DNA from: Sediminihaliea albiluteola
GTDB lineage: Bacteria; Pseudomonadota; Gammaproteobacteria; Pseudomonadales; Halieaceae
Assembly: GCF_014077625.1 (NCBI RefSeq)
Contig: NZ_JACFXU010000017.1
Location: forward strand, 183,284 to 215,283
Direction of reading: 5' to 3'
Length of the DNA: 32,000 nt
Position numbers and translations under genes: made by a program. Position 1 is the first letter of the stretch, and each line of letters begins with the position of its first letter. The notes below the pieces were generated by a model. The model ran no database searches. It saw nothing but the letters and a program-made list of their open reading frames with translations, and had not been told where the DNA came from. Positions 27,720 to 32,000 of the stretch are shown here, one piece after another.

Positions 27720-29117
27720 TCATGACACCACCTCCAAACCTGCCTGACGGACTTCTTCATCGAAGGCGGTCTCGTCAGCGGGTGGCTTCCAGTTACGGAC
27801 ATCGATCTTGCCGGTGACGGCGGCTGAGATGAGGGCGGAGCGGCGTTCCGAAATGATTTCAATGGCGGCTTGAGCTTCCTGAATAAGAGAGCCAAAGCTG
27901 CCTGACAACCTGGCAACGTAATCTAGTATTTGCTTTTGTTCAGGTGGAGGCGGCAGAGGCAGCCGAACTCTGCCAAGAGTCTCTGTATTCAGGTTTTCCA
28001 TGGTAGAACCCTTGGACTCAAGAGAAAGTTCACTGACAACCCCCTTGGAGGTCACGAGGAGATATGCATACTCTGGCAGGAGCTTTGCGTTTAGTTTGGC
28101 CTTCAGACTGCCTGTACCGCATAGCCAACCCTTCTGGGCCTCAGTAACGACAGCACATCGGCCTAACTCTCCTCTTCGGGCGAACACCAATTCACCCGGA
28201 CTCAGTTGGTGCCTCTCCAGCCGATGCCAGGTATCTTGGTCAACGGAAGCCTGAGAATCAGGAATAATCTTCCCATCTTTCATGTGTGCCGGGTTCACTA
28301 GTGGCACACCATCCTGAATGTAGTCTTCAGCATGGAGCTGACTGCCGAATGGGCCGGTCTGCATGAGTAGTGTATTGAACTTCAGCTGTGAAACGCGCCA
28401 ATGCTCCGGCACCTCCCCCAACCACTCCACCCCCGAGTCCTTCATCGGCACCGAGGGATCCAGTCCCTTGGTCACGGCATGGGAGATAACCGCCTGACGC
28501 TTCTCCTTCAGGAGCTCGATCAGACGCTGCTGCTCCTGGATCAGGGCATCGATCTTGGCGGTCTCGTGGTCGAGGAAGCGGGCTATTTGGGTTTGTTCTT
28601 GGAGCGGTGGCAAGGCTATTTTGAAAGTGTTGATCACTTCGGGAGGAACCCGTTTCAGACCTCCCGCTCCAATCATGCTCGAAGTGCATACAGACATGTA
28701 TCCATCTTCTTGAACTCTGTAGTAGAGAAACTCAGGCTTCAAATCCCGCCCTGAACGTAGGACATTGATTTCTGTAGAGCCAAAGCCAACCCCGTTGGTT
28801 AACCCCCGTGCTAGGGCGATGTTCTTGTTTTCAAAGCAGGGAGTAACCTTGGCCTGTAAGACATCACCTTCCTCGAAGTATGTATATCCCCCAAGAACAT
28901 CTTCAGCTGGTCGCACTTCGTCGAGAATAATGCGCCCGGTCTTCAGCTTCTCCATAGGGACGAAACTGTAAACCTCGTCAAGACTGCCGTTGAAATTGGC
29001 TTTGGTGGGGTTCAGTGACGCAACGTGCTTAAGACTGAGCAGTCGCCATTGTTCTGGCACCTCACCAAGCCATTCCACCCCAGAATCCTTGTAGGCCGGA
29101 TACCTCGGAAAGCTCAC
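27720..29117 (-). CDS. hsdS: Type I R-M specificity subunit
   Basis: 465 aa. Two target-recognition halves are each introduced by [13 protein letters not shown](Q/H)WR. Each is followed by a coiled-coil conserved region ([50 protein letters not shown], and [12 protein letters not shown]...[26 protein letters not shown]). There is a 4-bp overlap with hsdM. Confidence 0.9.
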   Translation of the reverse strand: MSFPRYPAYKDSGVEWLGEVPEQWRLLSLKHVASLNPTKANFNGSLDEVYSFVPMEKLKTGRIILDEVRPAEDVLGGYTYFEEGDVLQAKVTPCFENKNIALARGLTNGVGFGSTEINVLRSGRDLKPEFLYYRVQEDGYMSVCTSSMIGAGGLKRVPPEVINTFKIALPPLQEQTQIARFLDHETAKIDALIQEQQRLIELLKEKRQAVISHAVTKGLDPSVPMKDSGVEWLGEVPEHWRVSQLKFNTLLMQTGPFGSQLHAEDYIQDGVPLVNPAHMKDGKIIPDSQASVDQDTWHRLERHQLSPGELVFARRGELGRCAVVTEAQKGWLCGTGSLKAKLNAKLLPEYAYLLVTSKGVVSELSLESKGSTMENLNTETLGRVRLPLPPPPEQKQILDYVARLSGSFGSLIQEAQAAIEIISERRSALISAAVTGKIDVRNWKPPADETAFDEEVRQAGLEVVS

Positions 29118-31093
29118 GCCGACAGCTCCTGGATCATCGCCTTGATCCGGTCCGTACAGGCCTTCAGGTCAGCGTCAATCTCTTCTAGGGGCCGTGGTGG
29201 CACGAACTTGTAGAAGTGCCGGTTGAAGGGGATCTCGAAACCAACAATGCCCACCTCACCATCCAGGGGGTCACGCTTGCTTTCGTCGATCCAGGCATCC
29301 GGTACGTGGGGCTTCACCTCCCGCTCGAAGTACTCGTAGATGCACTCACCCAGGGGGACGTTCTCATTGTCCCGTAGGCTGGTGTCTGGCTCAGGGTTGC
29401 CGTGCTTGTCGGTACAGATCTCGGCCTCGGGGTCACGCTCCGACAGGGCATTCAGTACCGCCTTCAGCTGCGGTGCCCCCAGCTTGAAAGCCAGTGGCTT
29501 CAGGGCAGCCTTCAGGGCCTTGGTGAAGGCAGGCCGGCTCTTGTACACCTGCTTGGGGTCGAGGCTCCCACAGGCCTGTACGAGGGCCTGGAGCTGTTCC
29601 GGTTCCAGCTTCTGCAGGGGCTTCTCCTCTTCCAGCCTGGCCAGACGTTCCGGGCTGGCCTGGAAGTTCAGCTGCAGGGGCCGCTCCACGGTAATGCGCC
29701 GATAGCCAAAGGCATCGACCGGGAAGATCTTGCTCTCCTCGGTTTCCTCAAAGGCCCCGTAGGCCCGGACAATGGACTCACTGTTGGCGTCGTCCACGTA
29801 CTGGCGCTTTGAGCCCAGAGACTTGCGCATCTTGCTGTAGCGATCTGTGGCATTGATCAGCTGGACCTTGCCCCGGCGCTCAGTTGGCTTGTTGTTGTTG
29901 AGCACCCAGACATAGGTGGCAATGCCGGTGTTGTAGAACATGTCCGTAGGCAGGGCCACGATAGCTTCCACCAGGTCATGCTGCAGCAGGTAACGGCGGA
30001 TCTCCGACTCTCCACTGCCAGCACCCCCAGTGAACAGCGGGCTGCCGTTCAAAATAATACCTATGCGCGAGCCGCCCTGTTTGGGATCCTGCATCTTGCT
30101 GACCAGGTGCAGCAGGAACAGCAGAGAACCATCCGAGACCCGGGGCAAACCAGGCCCGAAACGACCATCAAAGCCGCGCTCCTCATGTTCCTTGAGCACG
30201 TCCTTCTGAACCTTCTTCCACTCCACGCCAAAGGGTGGGTTGGCCAGCATGAAGTCAGCCTGCAGGGTTGGCAGCTGGTCATCCGAGAGGGTATTCCCCA
30301 GCTTGATGTTGTCGACCCCCTGGCCCTTGATCAGCATGTCGGCCTTGCAGATGGCGTAGGACTCTGGATTCAGCTCCTGGCCATGCAGGGACACGGTGAC
30401 GCCCTGGCTTACCTGCTGGATGTACTCGTCACCCTCCGAAAGGAAGCCACCGGTACCAGCCGTCGGGTCATAGATGGTGATGATGCTGGAGGGCTTGAGC
30501 TTGTGCTCCTGCCCGGTCAAAACCAGTGAGGTGGTCAGGTGGACGATGTCCCGGGGGGTGAAGTGCTCCCCTGCCGTCTCGTTGGAGCTCTCGGCAAACT
30601 TGCGGATCAGCTCCTCGAAGATGATGCCCATGCCGAAGTTGCTGATGCGCTCCGGGCTCAGGTCGATGCTGGCGAAGCGCTGCACTACCTGGTAGAGCAG
30701 GTTGGCGCCGGCCAGCTGCTGTACGAAGTCCTCGAAGTGGAAGTGCTCAAAGATCTCACGGGCCGCCTGGCTGAAAGACTGCACATAGCTCAGGAGGTCA
30801 TCGGCGGTCTGGGTATCAGACAGGGTGGCCAGCGTTAGCGGTGAGGCATTGAAGAACTCTTTGCCCGAGGCCCGCAGCAACAGCCGCTCCCGAATGGCGT
30901 CTGTCTGGTTGGCACTGGCGTTAGCCTCGGCCAGCAACTGTTCCCGAGTAGGCTCCAGGACGCACTCCAGGCGCCTCAGCAGGGTGAAAGGCAGGATCAC
31001 CCGCCCGTATTGAGACTGCTTGAAATCCCCCCGCAGGAGGTCTGCCACGGACCAAATGAAGGCGGCGGTCTGAGAATGGTTCTCGGTGTTCAA
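29114..31093 (-). CDS. hsdM: Type I R-M DNA methyltransferase subunit (N6-adenine), long form
   Basis: 659 aa. It has an HsdM N-terminal domain ([34 protein letters not shown]), SAM motif DPTAGTGGF, catalytic NPPFG, and a C-terminal extension of roughly 180 aa ending in a coiled coil. The start appears to be TTG; no in-frame ATG lies upstream before a TGA. Confidence 0.95.
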   Translation of the reverse strand: MNTENHSQTAAFIWSVADLLRGDFKQSQYGRVILPFTLLRRLECVLEPTREQLLAEANASANQTDAIRERLLLRASGKEFFNASPLTLATLSDTQTADDLLSYVQSFSQAAREIFEHFHFEDFVQQLAGANLLYQVVQRFASIDLSPERISNFGMGIIFEELIRKFAESSNETAGEHFTPRDIVHLTTSLVLTGQEHKLKPSSIITIYDPTAGTGGFLSEGDEYIQQVSQGVTVSLHGQELNPESYAICKADMLIKGQGVDNIKLGNTLSDDQLPTLQADFMLANPPFGVEWKKVQKDVLKEHEERGFDGRFGPGLPRVSDGSLLFLLHLVSKMQDPKQGGSRIGIILNGSPLFTGGAGSGESEIRRYLLQHDLVEAIVALPTDMFYNTGIATYVWVLNNNKPTERRGKVQLINATDRYSKMRKSLGSKRQYVDDANSESIVRAYGAFEETEESKIFPVDAFGYRRITVERPLQLNFQASPERLARLEEEKPLQKLEPEQLQALVQACGSLDPKQVYKSRPAFTKALKAALKPLAFKLGAPQLKAVLNALSERDPEAEICTDKHGNPEPDTSLRDNENVPLGECIYEYFEREVKPHVPDAWIDESKRDPLDGEVGIVGFEIPFNRHFYKFVPPRPLEEIDADLKACTDRIKAMIQELSA

Positions 31094-31351
31094 GTCGGCT
31101 GTCCCTGTCTGGCTTGATGGATCGACCGGTGATCATACCCAACCAGGACAGGGTCTGTCGCGTAGAAGGGGGCGAGCTCTACCGATCGTTAACGCGAGGT
31201 GGTAATCTTACTGGGTAGGGTGATTCTTGACCCTACAGGATTCGAACCCGCACAGTGGGTCCTCAGCGTCGGTATTTTTGACGGTAGACGGGCAATATCG
31301 AATAGTGAATAAGCCAATGAAAACAATAGGTTAATGACGCTTTTCGGGCGG

Positions 31352-31366
31352 TCTCACACCGACCAA
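31352..31366 (+). repeat. attR core (direct repeat, copy 2)
   Basis: TCTCACACCGACCAA, identical to the tRNA-Pro 3' end at 14743-14757. Flanking bases differ on both sides. Confidence 0.75.
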
Positions 31367-31834
31367 TAATTTCAATAAAATCAATATTTTACGATTCTTT
31401 GTGCTGCTTGATCTGTCGGCTTGAACCTAAGTTTTTGTTGGTGGTGGCCAGTTAGTGGCCAGTGTCGGCGGTCAATATAGGCTCTTATCTTGATCGGTAA
31501 GGACATAACGGAGCGGAATCCAATTCTAAGCAGCAATGCTTGTGAGTATCTCTTTCCTTTTTATAGTTCTCGTAGTTATCCAGTTAGCAATAATAGGGTT
31601 TTGGTTGGTTTTCAGGGCGGTGATTTGGTTGCTATGCGGTGGAGAGGTCCAGCAGTAATATAGGAACTCAGTCACTACCGCTTTCATGGCAGGAATCTAC
31701 ACTGAATATTCGCAGTGGCTATACCATGTGTAGTTGTTCACTGGGTCGTTACTGCTTAGCGTCCGGTGAGGGCAATCGCTTCTGCTTTGATATTATTGAC
31801 GGTTGCTTAGGTAGCCGAGTTTGCTTTTAGGTCA

Positions 31835-32000
31835 TTACAGGGGCGCGACTGTACCATTGGATAGCCAGCTGTGGATCTCTTGGATTAGCTCGCCATTTTT
31901 CGCTAGGGCCTCGGTTGCCGGCATTTTATAGTGGCGGTGATGGGGCAGGGGCTCTAGTCCCTCGTAGGGGCTTTCCTGGCAAGGGTCGACGTAGAGTATC
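31835..32000 (-). CDS. C-terminal 55 codons of an unidentified gene entering from the right window edge
   Basis: My minus-strand translation is ...ILYVDPCQESPYEGLEPLPHHRHYKMPATEALAKNGELIQEIHSWLSNGTVAPL*, with the stop at 31837-31835. The frame is open to the window edge. It is not in the ORF track because it is truncated and under 60 aa. The product is unknown. Confidence 0.35.
   Translation of the reverse strand, partial: ILYVDPCQESPYEGLEPLPHHRHYKMPATEALAKNGELIQEIHSWLSNGTVAPL

Larger units (their letters stand above)
14743..31366. mobile_element. tRNA-Pro-integrated genomic island (~16.6 kb) with a P4-type integrase, a replication module and defence cargo
   Basis: The 15-bp direct repeat TCTCACACCGACCAA occurs at 14743-14757 (tRNA 3' end, attL) and 31352-31366 (attR). 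The integrase gene lies directly next to the tRNA. An AlpA/wHTH/DUF5906 module and a type I R-M locus lie in between. Confidence 0.75.

Noticed and set aside
27720-29117. Internal duplication in hsdS ([13 protein letters not shown] repeated, two coiled-coil regions) as a sign of a phase-variable specificity shufflon.
   Set aside because: This two-fold repeat architecture is the normal HsdS design. There is no second or partial hsdS copy, no inverted repeat pair and no nearby invertase or recombinase within the locus.
14743-31366. Calling the island a bona fide P4-type phage satellite.
   Set aside because: Only the integrase, AlpA and helicase-type replication module is P4-like. I see no sid/psu/delta-like capsid-size or transactivation genes. 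The satellite label therefore remains a hypothesis, not an annotation.
31444-31463. Tandem GTGGCCAGT-TA-GTGGCCAGT repeat outside the island.
   Set aside because: The repeat is real but very short, consisting of two 9-mers that contain the palindrome TGGCCA. With no associated gene or further copies, there is too little information to assign a function.
31639-31830. A 63-aa plus-strand ORF in the AT-rich region beyond attR.
   Set aside because: It has no RBS, a Ser/Cys/Gly-rich low-complexity product, and runs into the convergent partial gene at 31835. It is not convincing as a gene.
1-32000. Search for CRISPR arrays, rRNA genes, IS elements or transposase genes, and retron-type reverse transcriptases.
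   Set aside because: I saw no regularly spaced direct repeats, no rRNA-like sequence, no transposase or RT-like ORF, and no terminal inverted repeats flanking any gene.

Overview
This is a gammaproteobacterial chromosome segment. The gene order comF / bioB-F-H-C-D / long FadE-type acyl-CoA dehydrogenase resembles Pseudomonas-like genomes, but the species cannot be determined from sequence alone. Positions 1-14.7 kb hold ordinary core genes: partial cysE, two transferases, srkA, modABC, comF, a biotin operon with a predicted BirA operator and promoter and a fused bioH-bioC frame, an acyl-CoA dehydrogenase, a small membrane protein and a TPR protein. A tRNA-Pro(CGG) at 14680-14756 is the integration site of a ~16.6 kb genomic island (14743-31366), bounded by a 15-bp direct repeat of the tRNA 3' end. 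The island carries a P4-type integrase, AlpA, a wHTH protein, a DUF5906/SF3-helicase replication protein, about 1 kb of densely structured non-coding DNA, RadC, a small secreted protein and a split type I R-M locus. That locus reads hsdM-hsdS-orf563 ... hsdR on the minus strand and is interrupted by a plus-strand yegP-SRAP-DUF429(pseudogene) cassette. The best candidate for something undescribed is the 563-aa protein with no motif I recognise, sitting directly downstream of hsdM-hsdS in the position prrC/rlo-type genes occupy in other type I loci. Secondary candidates are the DNA-damage cassette inside the R-M locus and a ~200-bp GC-rich structured element between the replication gene and radC. 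No CRISPR array, rRNA or IS element was seen.
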